From Candidatus Gastranaerophilales bacterium (GTDB taxonomy: Bacteria > Cyanobacteriota > Vampirovibrionia > Gastranaerophilales > Gastranaerophilaceae), in NCBI GenBank assembly GCA_947630535.1, contig CANRHZ010000004.1:10243-74242 (forward strand): a DNA stretch of 64,000 nucleotides, written 5' to 3'. Under the pieces are notes generated by a model. It worked only from the letters and a program-made list of their open reading frames with translations. It was not told the origin of the DNA and made no database searches. Shown one piece after another: positions 29,431 through 39,315 of the stretch. Every line of letters starts with the position of its first letter. The first letter of the stretch is position 1. Made by a program: the position numbers and the translations under genes.

Positions 29431-30003
29431 TTAAACGTATGTTAATTCCGATTTAAGCCCGTTGTTTAAGAAGTTATCATACGAATTTATAAAGCTTTCC
29501 ATAAATTTAGATAAAAACTCGTCTTTATCTGTTCTTTTATTTGTTTCAAGAAAAATTGAAGTAGCGGGAATATCTATATTTTTAATATCCAAACCGTCCA
29601 AATTCAGATTAATTCCCACACCGACTATAACTCCCTTAAACTCAGAACCCACAAAAACAGATTCAGCCAAAATACCCGATATTTTCTTGCCCGAAATTAA
29701 AACGTCGTTCGGGAATTTAAAGTCGGGCTTAAGAGAATACGTTTTTAATACTTCTGACACTATAGAACTTGTATATCTTGTAAGTTCGTTTAAATAGTTA
29801 ATTTTATCGGGTTTTAAGACAATTGATATATAAATATTGCCGCCGTTTTTATCGGAAGAATACCATTTTCTTTCAAACTGTCCATGCCCTGAAAGCTGAT
29901 TATCAGCGCTTATTACATCAAAATCATTAAGAGTGTCAAGGTTCTTTCTCGCCCAGACACTGGTTGAATCCACATTTTCGATTTTGATTATATTGTAGCG
30001 CAT
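29431..30003 (-). CDS. birA: minimal biotin--protein ligase (catalytic domain only)
   Basis: VDSTS, GHGQFERKW (position of the GRGRxGRxW loop), FPNDVLISGKKISGILAE, VGVGINL. Only 190 aa, with no HTH and no room for the C-terminal beta domain. Confidence 0.8.
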   Translation of the reverse strand: MRYNIIKIENVDSTSVWARKNLDTLNDFDVISADNQLSGHGQFERKWYSSDKNGGNIYISIVLKPDKINYLNELTRYTSSIVSEVLKTYSLKPDFKFPNDVLISGKKISGILAESVFVGSEFKGVIVGVGINLNLDGLDIKNIDIPATSIFLETNKRTDKDEFLSKFMESFINSYDNFLNNGLKSELTYV

Positions 30004-30064
30004 ACAAGAAGATTATATTTCAAACAAATTTTTTTTGCTAATTTTTTTATAATATAATTAAACT

Positions 30065-31930
30065 ATGCAAGAAAACGAAAACAAAAGCTCTTATTTGCCT
30101 CTATTCAGGAAATATCGCCCTCAGTCGTTTAAAGATGTTATAGGTCAGGAATTTACAACAAGGGCGCTTTGCAATGCAATAAAATTAAACAAAATAGCAA
30201 ACGCTTACCTTTTTTGCGGCCCAAGGGGCACAGGCAAAACCTCATGCGCAAGAATTTTTGCAAAATCCCTTAACTGTATTGAAGGCCCGACCGTTGAACC
30301 ATGTCAAAAGTGTCAAAGTTGTCTTGATGTAACAAACGCATCAGGACTTGATGTCATAGAAATAGACGCAGCAACAAACAGGGGTATAGATGATGCAAAA
30401 GAACTTATAAGCAAAGTTCAATATGCGCCTATGAACGGCAAATATAAAATTTTTATTATAGACGAAGTTCATATGCTCTCAAAAGAAGCATTTAATGCCC
30501 TTTTAAAAACATTTGAAGAACCGCCTAAAAATGTTATATTTATTCTTGCAACAACGGAACCCCATAAAGTTATAGAAACCATTGTAAGCAGATGCCAGAG
30601 GTTTGATTTTAAAAGAATTACAACCGAGGATATAACAAAAAGACTCAGAGAAATTTCCGATAAAGAAGGGATAAAAATAACGGATGATGCTCTGTATACA
30701 ATAGCAAAGAATGTATCGGGCGGCATGAGAGATTCTCTTGCACTTTTGGATCAATCATCAATTTTAGGTTTTGAAAAAGAAATTACAAAAGAAACAATTG
30801 AAACCCTGATGGGTAAATTAACCTTTGATGTTTTATTTGACCTGTGCAACAGTATCCTAAACAAAGATACCAAAGAGGCAACAAAAAAAGTAAGAGAAAT
30901 TTTTGAAAAGGGGATTGAACCGAGAAACTTTATAGAAAACTTTATAGAGTTTTTAAGAAATGCAATTTTAACTTCCAATTCAGATAGTACAGATGAAATA
31001 CAAAATTTAACTCTTTTCACAAAAGAAAACATCTCTCAAATAAAAAGCAATGATAAGTTTATTAAAGCTGAGTTAATAAATATCCTTGATACTTTAATTG
31101 AGTTTTATAAAGAAGTTAAAAGCTCTACAAACCCATATCTTTGGGCGGAACTTGGCATAATTAGCGCAACCGGATTAAAAAAAGAAACATACGGTATAGA
31201 GCCGCCAAACAAAACCGCTAAATATAATATAGAGTCACCAAACAAAACCGTTTCGCAAAAAAAAGAAACGTATAATATAGAGCCGCCAAACAAAACCGCT
31301 AAAATAAAAGAGGATGAAAATAAAAATCAGGAAGCATTCCGTATAGATACTAAACCTGTTATAGAAGATATTGAAGATAAAAAAGAAGATAAAAATATAA
31401 ATAACGAAAACCTATCCAAACCCGAACAAAAAGAAACAATTTCTCCATCCAAGGTTTGGGCGGAGATATTAAACGGTGTAGACTCAATACCTGCAAAATT
31501 TTTCTATTCCGGGGTAGGAAAACTTGTTAGTATTGAAAATACAAAAATAACGCTTGGTTTTGTAAATGAAAATGCAATTACTCAGGCAAAAAGCGAAAAC
31601 AAATACAATCCGCTTTTAAGGGCAATCAAGAATGTTCTTGGAGAAAACGGCACAATTGATTTTATAACCGTTACCAAAGACACAAAAATAATAGATACAA
31701 AATTAAATGTTTCAATTGCAAAGCCTCAAAAAAATATTGAAAGCTATAGAGATAAAAAAGAAAAAAACAGTATAAAAGAAGATAAATTACCGCCTTCATC
31801 CGATAATTTGCAGGCTGAAGATACAATTGACAAGGATGAAGATAATATTTCGGATGAAAACGACAAAGAAATTTATACGGAAGAAACAAAAAACATGCTT
31901 GAAACCTATAGCGGAAGAATTATAGAGTAG
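30065..31930 (+). CDS. dnaX: DNA polymerase III subunit gamma/tau
   Basis: Walker A GPRGTGKTS, Zn module CQKCQSC, Walker B IIDEVHML, sensor VSRCQRF. Low-complexity repeat-containing middle and a tau-like C-terminus. Confidence 0.95.
   Translation: MQENENKSSYLPLFRKYRPQSFKDVIGQEFTTRALCNAIKLNKIANAYLFCGPRGTGKTSCARIFAKSLNCIEGPTVEPCQKCQSCLDVTNASGLDVIEIDAATNRGIDDAKELISKVQYAPMNGKYKIFIIDEVHMLSKEAFNALLKTFEEPPKNVIFILATTEPHKVIETIVSRCQRFDFKRITTEDITKRLREISDKEGIKITDDALYTIAKNVSGGMRDSLALLDQSSILGFEKEITKETIETLMGKLTFDVLFDLCNSILNKDTKEATKKVREIFEKGIEPRNFIENFIEFLRNAILTSNSDSTDEIQNLTLFTKENISQIKSNDKFIKAELINILDTLIEFYKEVKSSTNPYLWAELGIISATGLKKETYGIEPPNKTAKYNIESPNKTVSQKKETYNIEPPNKTAKIKEDENKNQEAFRIDTKPVIEDIEDKKEDKNINNENLSKPEQKETISPSKVWAEILNGVDSIPAKFFYSGVGKLVSIENTKITLGFVNENAITQAKSENKYNPLLRAIKNVLGENGTIDFITVTKDTKIIDTKLNVSIAKPQKNIESYRDKKEKNSIKEDKLPPSSDNLQAEDTIDKDEDNISDENDKEIYTEETKNMLETYSGRIIE
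31181..31303 (+). repeat. imperfect tandem approx 40-nt repeats inside dnaX
   Basis: AAAGAAACRTAYRRTATAGAGCCGCCAAACAAAACCGCTAAA at 31181-31222 and 31262-31303, with a degenerate copy between them. Encodes KKETYGIEPPNKTAK-type units. Confidence 0.9.
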
Positions 31931-33235
31931 CTAGTTTTCCCTATATATAATACTCTTTTTTTCAACTTTTTCACTTGTAAATTTAAATGCGGACATTGCA
32001 TGTTTTAGGGCATCATTTAAGCGTCTTTTGTCGTTATAGTATAACGTCATAAGAAGCTCACCCTCATATACTTTATCTCCTTGTTTTTTATTTATTGTGC
32101 AGCCTACCCCGAAATCAACAGAGTCAGATTTTTTCTCTCTGCCTGCACCAAGCAACTTGCAGGCATGGGCAATTTCAAGCGCATCAAGGGATTCAAGATA
32201 TCCTTTGTCCGATTGTGCTTTAATTTGAACAAAGTATTCACCTATATCAAACAGTCCGTAATTATCAATAACATTATGGTTTCCCCCCTGATACGATATT
32301 ATTTCTTTTAATTTATTTAGAGCAGCCCCTGTTAGGATTGAAGAATCAAACATCTTTTTTGCGGCATTGAAATCAGGGGCAATACCCGATAATATAAGAG
32401 TTTTTGCTGCTATTTCAAGGGTAACTTCATATAAATCATACGTAAGATGCCCTTTTAAAAATTCGATTGCTTCAATAACTTCGAGAGAATTTCCGACAGA
32501 TTTACCTAACGGTTGTTCCATAGATGAAATAACGGCATCTATTTTTCTGTTAAAAAGAGCGCCCACCTTAATCATAAGGTCTGATAGTTCTTTTGCTTTT
32601 TCTTTTGTTTTTATAAATGCGCCGCTTCCGTATTTAACATCCAAAACAATAACATCGGCTCCTGATGCTATTTTTTTACTTACAACGGAAGCACATATAA
32701 GCGACATATTATCTACGGTTGCAGTTACATCCCTAAGAGCATAAATTCTGCCATCAGCAGGCACAAGGTTTGGAGTTTGAGAAGAAATGGCAGCCCCAAT
32801 GGATTTTATTTGATTTTTAAAATCAATTTCCGATAGTGCCGTATTAAACCCGGGTATGGATTCAAGTTTATCAATTGTGCCGCCCGTCATGCCAAGCCCT
32901 CTGCCTGAGAGCTTTGCACAGTTAACGCCAAGGGAAGCAAGGATTGGAATTAAAACTAAAGTAACCTTGTCGCCGACACCGCCCGTTGAATGTTTATCTG
33001 CTATATGGCCTTCAATACCATCAAAATGTAAAATATCGCCCGAATTAACAAAAGCTTCGGTTAAATATGCGGTTTCATCAAAATTTAAACCGTTAAGACA
33101 AACTGCCATAAGCCATGCAGACATTTGATAGTCTTGAATTTTTCCTTTAAGATATCCGTCTATAAAAAAATTGATTTCTTCTTTTGTGTGAATTAGTCCG
33201 CATTTTTTATTTTCAATAACATCAACCGCTCTCAT
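31931..33235 (-). CDS. pdp: pyrimidine-nucleoside (thymidine) phosphorylase
   Basis: 434 aa. DKHSTGGVGDK and GRGLGMTGGTIDKLE motifs. Its stop codon abuts the dnaX stop with no gap. Confidence 0.93.
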   Translation of the reverse strand: MRAVDVIENKKCGLIHTKEEINFFIDGYLKGKIQDYQMSAWLMAVCLNGLNFDETAYLTEAFVNSGDILHFDGIEGHIADKHSTGGVGDKVTLVLIPILASLGVNCAKLSGRGLGMTGGTIDKLESIPGFNTALSEIDFKNQIKSIGAAISSQTPNLVPADGRIYALRDVTATVDNMSLICASVVSKKIASGADVIVLDVKYGSGAFIKTKEKAKELSDLMIKVGALFNRKIDAVISSMEQPLGKSVGNSLEVIEAIEFLKGHLTYDLYEVTLEIAAKTLILSGIAPDFNAAKKMFDSSILTGAALNKLKEIISYQGGNHNVIDNYGLFDIGEYFVQIKAQSDKGYLESLDALEIAHACKLLGAGREKKSDSVDFGVGCTINKKQGDKVYEGELLMTLYYNDKRRLNDALKHAMSAFKFTSEKVEKKSIIYREN

Positions 33236-33243
33236 AATTTCTC

Positions 33244-33669
33244 CTATTTATGGTAAGGTTCATTTTTCAATATTTTAAATGCCCTGTATATTTGTTCAGT
33301 TAATATCATACAGGCTTCCTGATGTAAAAATGTCAGCTTAGACATAGAAAAGCTGAAATCAGAACTCTTTTTGACAAAATCGCTTAATCCCGTTGAACCG
33401 CCGATTAAAAAAACAATCCGATTATAAAAACCGTCGTTTTCAATTTCTTTTATTTTGTTTGCAAATTCTGCGCTCGATAACATTTTACCATCAATTTCAA
33501 GAGTTATTTTGTAATCAGTATTCTTTAAATTCGGGACAAAATCGTCCATATTGGAAATTTCACAGACGCTAATATTGGAATAAGGGGTCAATCTCTTTTT
33601 AAATTCATCAACACCCGCCTTAAAATAAGGTTCTTTAAGCTTTCCTTCAAGAATAATATCAATGTTCAT
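33244..33669 (-). CDS. rlmH: 23S rRNA (pseudouridine1915-N3)-methyltransferase
   Basis: 141 aa SPOUT YbeA family. FLIGGSTGL and C-terminal EQIYRAFKILKNEPYHK. Confidence 0.9.
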   Translation of the reverse strand: MNIDIILEGKLKEPYFKAGVDEFKKRLTPYSNISVCEISNMDDFVPNLKNTDYKITLEIDGKMLSSAEFANKIKEIENDGFYNRIVFLIGGSTGLSDFVKKSSDFSFSMSKLTFLHQEACMILTEQIYRAFKILKNEPYHK

Positions 33670-34992
33670 TTATACAATATCTTTTTGCAACTCGGGGTTG
33701 TTAAAAAGTTCATAGTTGATTTCATTTGCATTATCAGCAATTATTGAAGCAACAACCGCATCAGATGTAACATTGGCAGTGGTTCTTAACATATCGGTAA
33801 ATCTGTCAAGAGCAAACAGGAATGAAAAACCTTCAACCATCTGTTCTGACGTTAAACCTATACCGTTTAATACAAGCGCAATCGTTATAAGACCGGCACC
33901 GGGGATACCCGCACATGTTGAAGATGCAACGATTGCAAGAAGTGCAATTTGGACAATCGCGAGCATAGAAAGTTCAATACCGTATGCTTGGGTCAGAAAC
34001 AGAACCGCAATAGTTTGAACCATGGCAGTACCGTCCATATTCAAAGTGGCACCCAAAGGAAGAACAAAAGAGCATATTTTGCTTGATATACCTCTTTTCT
34101 CGCAACATGTAATGGTAAGCGGCAAGGTTGCCGAGCTTGAAGCGGTACCGAATGCCACCATAGCGGCTTCAGTAATTGCAGAATACAGTTTTGAAACGGA
34201 AACTTTTGAAAAAACTTTAAGCATAATAGGGTATACAAAAACAAATTGAATCAAAAGACCGATAAGAATAGCTATAAAGTATTTGCCGACCCCTGAGAAT
34301 ATTTGTATACCAAAACTTGAAACGGAACTTGCAACAAGGGCAAATATACCGGGAGCGGCAAGATACATAATCCAGTCCGTAACTTTCATTGTAGCGGCGA
34401 AAATACTTTCAAAGAAAGAAACAACGGGTCTGTTAATTTCGCCTATTTTAGAAAGCGCTATTGCAAAAATTAAAACAAAAATTATAATCGGAATCATATC
34501 TCCCAATGCAAGAGAATGAAACGGATTTTGAGGAATTAAGTTTAAAAATATTTGCGCTATATGGGATTGCTGATCAGAGAGCATGCCTGAAACAACCCCT
34601 TGAAGCTCTGCTGCAATATCGGCATCAATAAACTCTCTGGCACCGTCCCCCGGACGAATTACAACGCCAAGTATAGCGCCTATACTAACCGCAACAAGAG
34701 TTATTATGGCATAATAAAAAATCATTTTTTTACCGAATTTTGCAAGCTGCTTATTATCGCCAATACTTGAAATTCCGATAACAATGGCGCTTATAACAAG
34801 AGGAATAACCACCATCTGGATTATATTAATAAATGCCTGACCGATAAAGGTAAATACGTGGTGTGCAAAAGGATATTGACTTTTTGGAAAAACAATACCG
34901 CATACAATGCCAAGAAGCAGTCCCGCAAATATGTGCCAATTACGCTTAATTCCAAGTAAAAGCGCAATTAAAATATGCATGTGAAAACCCAT
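33670..34992 (-). CDS. dicarboxylate/amino acid:cation symporter (DAACS family)
   Basis: About 440-aa polytopic protein with family-typical SSSATLP and NMDGTA motifs. Start may be at 34980. Confidence 0.88.
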   Translation of the reverse strand: MGFHMHILIALLLGIKRNWHIFAGLLLGIVCGIVFPKSQYPFAHHVFTFIGQAFINIIQMVVIPLVISAIVIGISSIGDNKQLAKFGKKMIFYYAIITLVAVSIGAILGVVIRPGDGAREFIDADIAAELQGVVSGMLSDQQSHIAQIFLNLIPQNPFHSLALGDMIPIIIFVLIFAIALSKIGEINRPVVSFFESIFAATMKVTDWIMYLAAPGIFALVASSVSSFGIQIFSGVGKYFIAILIGLLIQFVFVYPIMLKVFSKVSVSKLYSAITEAAMVAFGTASSSATLPLTITCCEKRGISSKICSFVLPLGATLNMDGTAMVQTIAVLFLTQAYGIELSMLAIVQIALLAIVASSTCAGIPGAGLITIALVLNGIGLTSEQMVEGFSFLFALDRFTDMLRTTANVTSDAVVASIIADNANEINYELFNNPELQKDIV

Positions 34993-35095
34993 TTTTTTTC
35001 CTCGTATATTAATTTTAAAATTACCTGTCTATAATACAACTATTTTATGACATTTTCAATATTTTAAAATAGGTATCCGTTATAAAAAGTAGCGC

Positions 35096-36778
35096 TTAAG
35101 TTTTTTCAAATATGTATATCCGCCATCCTTCATGCGATACGACACCTGAAAAACTCAAAAGAATTTGAGAGTGTTGGACTATATAGTTTCTTATATAAGA
35201 AAATACAAGAAATAATAGCGGGGTTTGATTGTATTTTTTATCGTTGTCGAGCGTATATAAAAAGTTTTGATTATTAAAAATGCTCACAGGCGAAAAGTCC
35301 ACAAGAAAAAATTTTTCACCGTTTTTTATTTTGGAATACACATTTTTATCTAAAAATATATCAAGTCCCTTGTTTTCATCCGCCAAAAACACCTCTTTAT
35401 ATCTGTAATTTCCGCCCTCATAGGTTTCAGACATTGTTTCTTTGTCACTTTTAATAAAATTGAAATTGTACTTTGAAATATCGGATGTGTTCTTACTGTT
35501 GGCTATTTCTTTTGAATACTTTAAAAATCTTTCTTTCGGGTAATAAAGAAAAACAACCTTGTCTGTTGTCTTATAATCCAAAACATTTAACATGGTAACG
35601 GGAATATTTTGCCCTTCAGCCCTTACAAGCTTAACGGGCGAATAATTTGAAACGAGTATAAAAAAGAGTATAAGGGTTGAATAAACAGTTCCTAAAATTG
35701 CCTTAAACGCTTTACTTTTAAATTCGCTAAACCCGAAAACTGCAAACAAAATAAGGATAGGATAAATTTCCGTTAAATATTTGGTAAGAAAAATAATCTT
35801 CCCGAAAAGCGATGCAACAAAAACGGTTAAGTATACGCCGACTGATGTTAAAATAAAATATTTAACATTTTTATCAAAAGAAAATAAAGCTCTTATCATA
35901 CATAAAACAGAAATTATAAGCGGTATAAAAGCAAAGAGGATAAAACCTAAATTAACTTTTCCGCCCCCATAAACCATAGACATAAACTCAGGAGGCGCAT
36001 TTGTAATATTAATAAGGTATGGAGAAAATAAATCCGTAAAGAAAAATGCAAGTTTAGCCCAGCTAAAAGGAGCCCACCATTGGCTAAAGTATTGCTGATG
36101 AAACATTGTATTGTATATGAATATACATAAAGGAATTAAAAGTATTAATCCGACAAGAAGAATTGAAACCAAAAACCTTTTAAATTTGGTTTTTTTATCG
36201 GCAAAAAGCAAGACGGAAATTACCGAGAAAAATACAAAAACAAACCCTATAGTATGCTCCAACATAACAAGAACAGAAGTTAAAACAAAAAAGGTACAAT
36301 TTTTCTTAGTTGGATTATCCATTGTCTTTAGCGCACACAGTGCATTTATGGAACTTAAAAGAAAAAGAAGGGAATAAATTCTGACTTCTTGCGAAAAATA
36401 AATTAAAAAGGCACTGATTGATGCAAACCATGCGCAAATAAGTCCGTTTGTATCGGATGTTTTTTTACCAAGATGTTTTCCTAAAAAAAACATTGAAATT
36501 ATTGATAAAATGCCTGCAAAATAAGATGAAAACCTTAAACTTAAATCCGAATCCCCGAGAAAATACATCCAAACTTTAAGATAGATGTAATGAAGGGGTG
36601 CATGGCAATTTCTTAAAATTGCCTGAAAAAATTCGTTTGGAAAGCTTGCTTTTGCAATTTCCCATGTTAAATACTCATCATTCCACATACCCTCGGGCTT
36701 ATTAATGTTTATAAGTCTTAAAAGGGCTCCTACAATAAGAATGACAAATAAATACAATATAAGTTTCTTTTTTTCCAT
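35096..36778 (-). CDS. GT-C type glycosyltransferase (ArnT/PMT_2-like membrane protein)
   Basis: 560 aa. More than 10 predicted TM helices in the N-terminal 380 aa, followed by a soluble C-terminal domain. N-terminus LRLININKPEGMWNDEYLTW is typical of family 39/83 enzymes. Confidence 0.7.
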   Translation of the reverse strand: MEKKKLILYLFVILIVGALLRLININKPEGMWNDEYLTWEIAKASFPNEFFQAILRNCHAPLHYIYLKVWMYFLGDSDLSLRFSSYFAGILSIISMFFLGKHLGKKTSDTNGLICAWFASISAFLIYFSQEVRIYSLLFLLSSINALCALKTMDNPTKKNCTFFVLTSVLVMLEHTIGFVFVFFSVISVLLFADKKTKFKRFLVSILLVGLILLIPLCIFIYNTMFHQQYFSQWWAPFSWAKLAFFFTDLFSPYLINITNAPPEFMSMVYGGGKVNLGFILFAFIPLIISVLCMIRALFSFDKNVKYFILTSVGVYLTVFVASLFGKIIFLTKYLTEIYPILILFAVFGFSEFKSKAFKAILGTVYSTLILFFILVSNYSPVKLVRAEGQNIPVTMLNVLDYKTTDKVVFLYYPKERFLKYSKEIANSKNTSDISKYNFNFIKSDKETMSETYEGGNYRYKEVFLADENKGLDIFLDKNVYSKIKNGEKFFLVDFSPVSIFNNQNFLYTLDNDKKYNQTPLLFLVFSYIRNYIVQHSQILLSFSGVVSHEGWRIYIFEKT

Positions 36779-36929
36779 ATAAATGCCTTATAAACTAAAC
36801 CAGTTAAATATATCCCATTTAAGAGAATAATTCAAATTCAAGAAATTTGCTTATAAAAACTTTAAATATTTGCCACAAATTAAGAATTAAAGTATCTTTA
36901 AAAATAGAGATATAAGGGGTATTAAAATA

Positions 36930-38453
36930 TTGAACAATACGGTTGCCATAGTATCAAGTGCAGAATTTGCAATGCAAGAAATAAAAAACATGCTTGTCTT
37001 ATTAAGAGAAGTAGACAAGGTTGAGTGCCTTGATTATTATGATTTTGAAGATTACATGAAAAAGACGACCCCGAACGTGATAATTCTTCACTCTATTGAA
37101 AACGACAAAAAAACCCTTAAATTGATTAAAAAAATAAAAGAAGATAAAAAAACGGCAAAAATCCCTATTATATTGTATCCGGAGTTTGCAGGCACAGACT
37201 ATATTGTAGAGGCCTTTGATGCAGGCATAACCGATATGTTGTCCTATCCTCTTAAGGATTATGAGCTTGCAATGAGGGTTATATGGACAATTCAAAAAAA
37301 TGAAGATGAAGTTTTAAAAGAAAATAACTTTGATTTTTTAAAGGACCTCGGGATAATAGACAAAACCACGGGCTTTTTCTCGGAAGAATTCGGGCTTAAG
37401 TTTCTTGAAGGGCTTATTAAAAAATCAAAAGAAAACGGACAAAACTCTTGTTTAATGCTCCTTAAGTTAACAAATGCAATTAATGTAAACTTGGACAAAT
37501 CGAACGTTGCAAACATTTTAAAAACAACCGTCAGGATGAATGATGTAATTTCCATTAAAGATGATGAGTCATATTACATTTACCTTTCCAAATCAAAATT
37601 AAACGGGGTGTATTCGGTCTATGAAAGAATAAAAAGAAAAATAAACCCGATAACATCCGTTTCAAGCGCAGTTGTGGAAATTCAGGATGAAATTTTTGAT
37701 GATATTATAAATGTTCTTGATTATTCAATAGAAACTGCCCGCATAAACGGAGATATAAATATCGTAAAACCGAAAGATTTTGTTGATATGCTTGAAAAAG
37801 ACACTATTAAAGAAGATAGTGAAGATGAGCTTGGCATTTCAAAAATATTGAACGAAAACGAAGATATTGCATCCGATAAAAAGGGGGATTTAAAGGACGA
37901 TTTATTGGATGAGATATTAAAAGAAGAAGATAATAACGAACCGGAACAAACAGAAGAAAAAGAGTCGACACAAGAAGAACAGATAGACCTCGGTTTAAAA
38001 ATAATGCAAGAAAAAATAGAAGAAATTAAAAATCCTCATCCGAAAAAAAGCCTAAAACAACAGAGAATTGAAAAAGAAGAAAAAGAGATAGACGAAAGAA
38101 ATATAATACTTTATAAGCAAGCTTACGCAAAGAAATTAAATCTTGTAATCGAGCCTCTGTTAAAAAAGTATGCATCAAAACTTCAACAAAAATACAGGGC
38201 GCTGGATGCAAATATTATGGCAGAGCCCGAGCTTTCTTTTATGAAGCTCAATAAAGATGATATAAAGCTTGATGTTGAAATAATTTATGATAAAGTAAAA
38301 ACCATAAAAATAAATATGACCCTAAACGCACTCAATTCACAAATTGAATCGGATACGATAGATTTTGAAGTTATGGATTTTGACTATCAAAAATTTGATA
38401 TAGTTTTAAAGACGCTTATTGAAGAATACGAAAATTATCTGAGCGAAGATTAA
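36930..38453 (+). CDS. pseudo-receiver / degenerate GGDEF-like / acidic linker / unknown C-terminal domain protein
   Basis: TTG start. REC-like fold without the acidic pocket (IVSSAE) or phospho-Asp (IILHS). DKTTGFFSEEFGLKFLE resembles the GGDEF N-terminal segment, but the GGDEF position reads KDDESYYIY. E/K/D-rich linker. Confidence 0.6.
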   Translation: MNNTVAIVSSAEFAMQEIKNMLVLLREVDKVECLDYYDFEDYMKKTTPNVIILHSIENDKKTLKLIKKIKEDKKTAKIPIILYPEFAGTDYIVEAFDAGITDMLSYPLKDYELAMRVIWTIQKNEDEVLKENNFDFLKDLGIIDKTTGFFSEEFGLKFLEGLIKKSKENGQNSCLMLLKLTNAINVNLDKSNVANILKTTVRMNDVISIKDDESYYIYLSKSKLNGVYSVYERIKRKINPITSVSSAVVEIQDEIFDDIINVLDYSIETARINGDINIVKPKDFVDMLEKDTIKEDSEDELGISKILNENEDIASDKKGDLKDDLLDEILKEEDNNEPEQTEEKESTQEEQIDLGLKIMQEKIEEIKNPHPKKSLKQQRIEKEEKEIDERNIILYKQAYAKKLNLVIEPLLKKYASKLQQKYRALDANIMAEPELSFMKLNKDDIKLDVEIIYDKVKTIKINMTLNALNSQIESDTIDFEVMDFDYQKFDIVLKTLIEEYENYLSED

Positions 38454-38454
38454 A

Positions 38455-38667
38455 TTAGTTGTTGCTAACAAGCATTTTAAAGACTACAAGTGCCCTTGCT
38501 GAAATTTCGCCCGAGATTTCTCTTTGTTCCTCGGTAATATTAAAGATTTTTATAATGTTTTTTAATTCACAAAGGGATTTTTTATCTTTAATATCATAAA
38601 CATTTTTAACGGGTTCTAAAACAATATCAAAAAGTGTATTTATTGTATTTTCATTCATTCTTGACAT
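38455..38667 (-). CDS. hypothetical small protein (70 aa)
   Basis: ATG 38667 has GAGGAG 10 nt upstream (alternative ATG at 38685). No motif recognised. Abuts the convergent 36930-38453 stop. Confidence 0.4.
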   Translation of the reverse strand: MSRMNENTINTLFDIVLEPVKNVYDIKDKKSLCELKNIIKIFNITEEQREISGEISARALVVFKMLVSNN

Positions 38668-38699
38668 AGTGTGTGTGCTCCTCACACATTAATAAAGTA

Positions 38700-38724
38700 T
38701 TTTTGCAATCAAAAATTGCAAAAA
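38700..38724. promoter_or_regulatory. perfect 10-bp inverted repeat TTTTTGCAAT-N5-ATTGCAAAAA
   Basis: Lies between kdsC and the small ORF. No U-tract follows on either strand beyond the stem. Could be a terminator-like hairpin or a protein-binding palindrome. Confidence 0.35.
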
Positions 38725-38784
38725 AACGATTAAATGTTAAGAATGTTTAACTACTTTTTAAATATTTTGTATATATTATATATA

Positions 38785-39312
38785 CTATTTTGAAATTAAA
38801 TCATCAAAAGAAATTCCGTTTGAAAAAAGAATAAAATCACAAAACTCCCTAACGGCACCCTTTCCGCCGCCATAAGATGAAACAAAACTTGCATTCTGTT
38901 TAACTTCATCTATTGCATCATTTGGCGCACAAGATAAGCCGACCCTTTTTATTACGCATAAATCAGGGTAATCATCTCCCATATAGGCAATTTGACTATA
39001 ATCAAGCTTAAATTCTTCAACAAGTGAATTCAAAGCATTTATTTTATTGGTTTGGCCGCTATATAGTTTTGTTATACCTAAAGTTTTTGCCCTCTCAATT
39101 ACAACAGGAGAGTCTTTTGCGGTAATAATGGCGGTTAAAAACCCCGCTTTATTTAACATTACAACCCCTTGCCCGTCTTTTGCATTAAAAGTTTTAATTT
39201 GAGAGCCGTCAGGAAGATAAGTTAAAGACCCGTCAGTCATAACCCCATCAACATCAAAGGCGACAAGTTTAATCTTTTTTGCTTTATATTTTAAATCCAA
39301 ATTGTCTAACAT
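38785..39312 (-). CDS. kdsC: 3-deoxy-D-manno-octulosonate 8-phosphate phosphatase
   Basis: HAD IIIA. FDVDGVMTDG and GDDYPDL motifs, 175 aa, directly downstream of kdsD. Confidence 0.9.
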   Translation of the reverse strand: MLDNLDLKYKAKKIKLVAFDVDGVMTDGSLTYLPDGSQIKTFNAKDGQGVVMLNKAGFLTAIITAKDSPVVIERAKTLGITKLYSGQTNKINALNSLVEEFKLDYSQIAYMGDDYPDLCVIKRVGLSCAPNDAIDEVKQNASFVSSYGGGKGAVREFCDFILFSNGISFDDLISK

Positions 39313-39315
39313 AAT

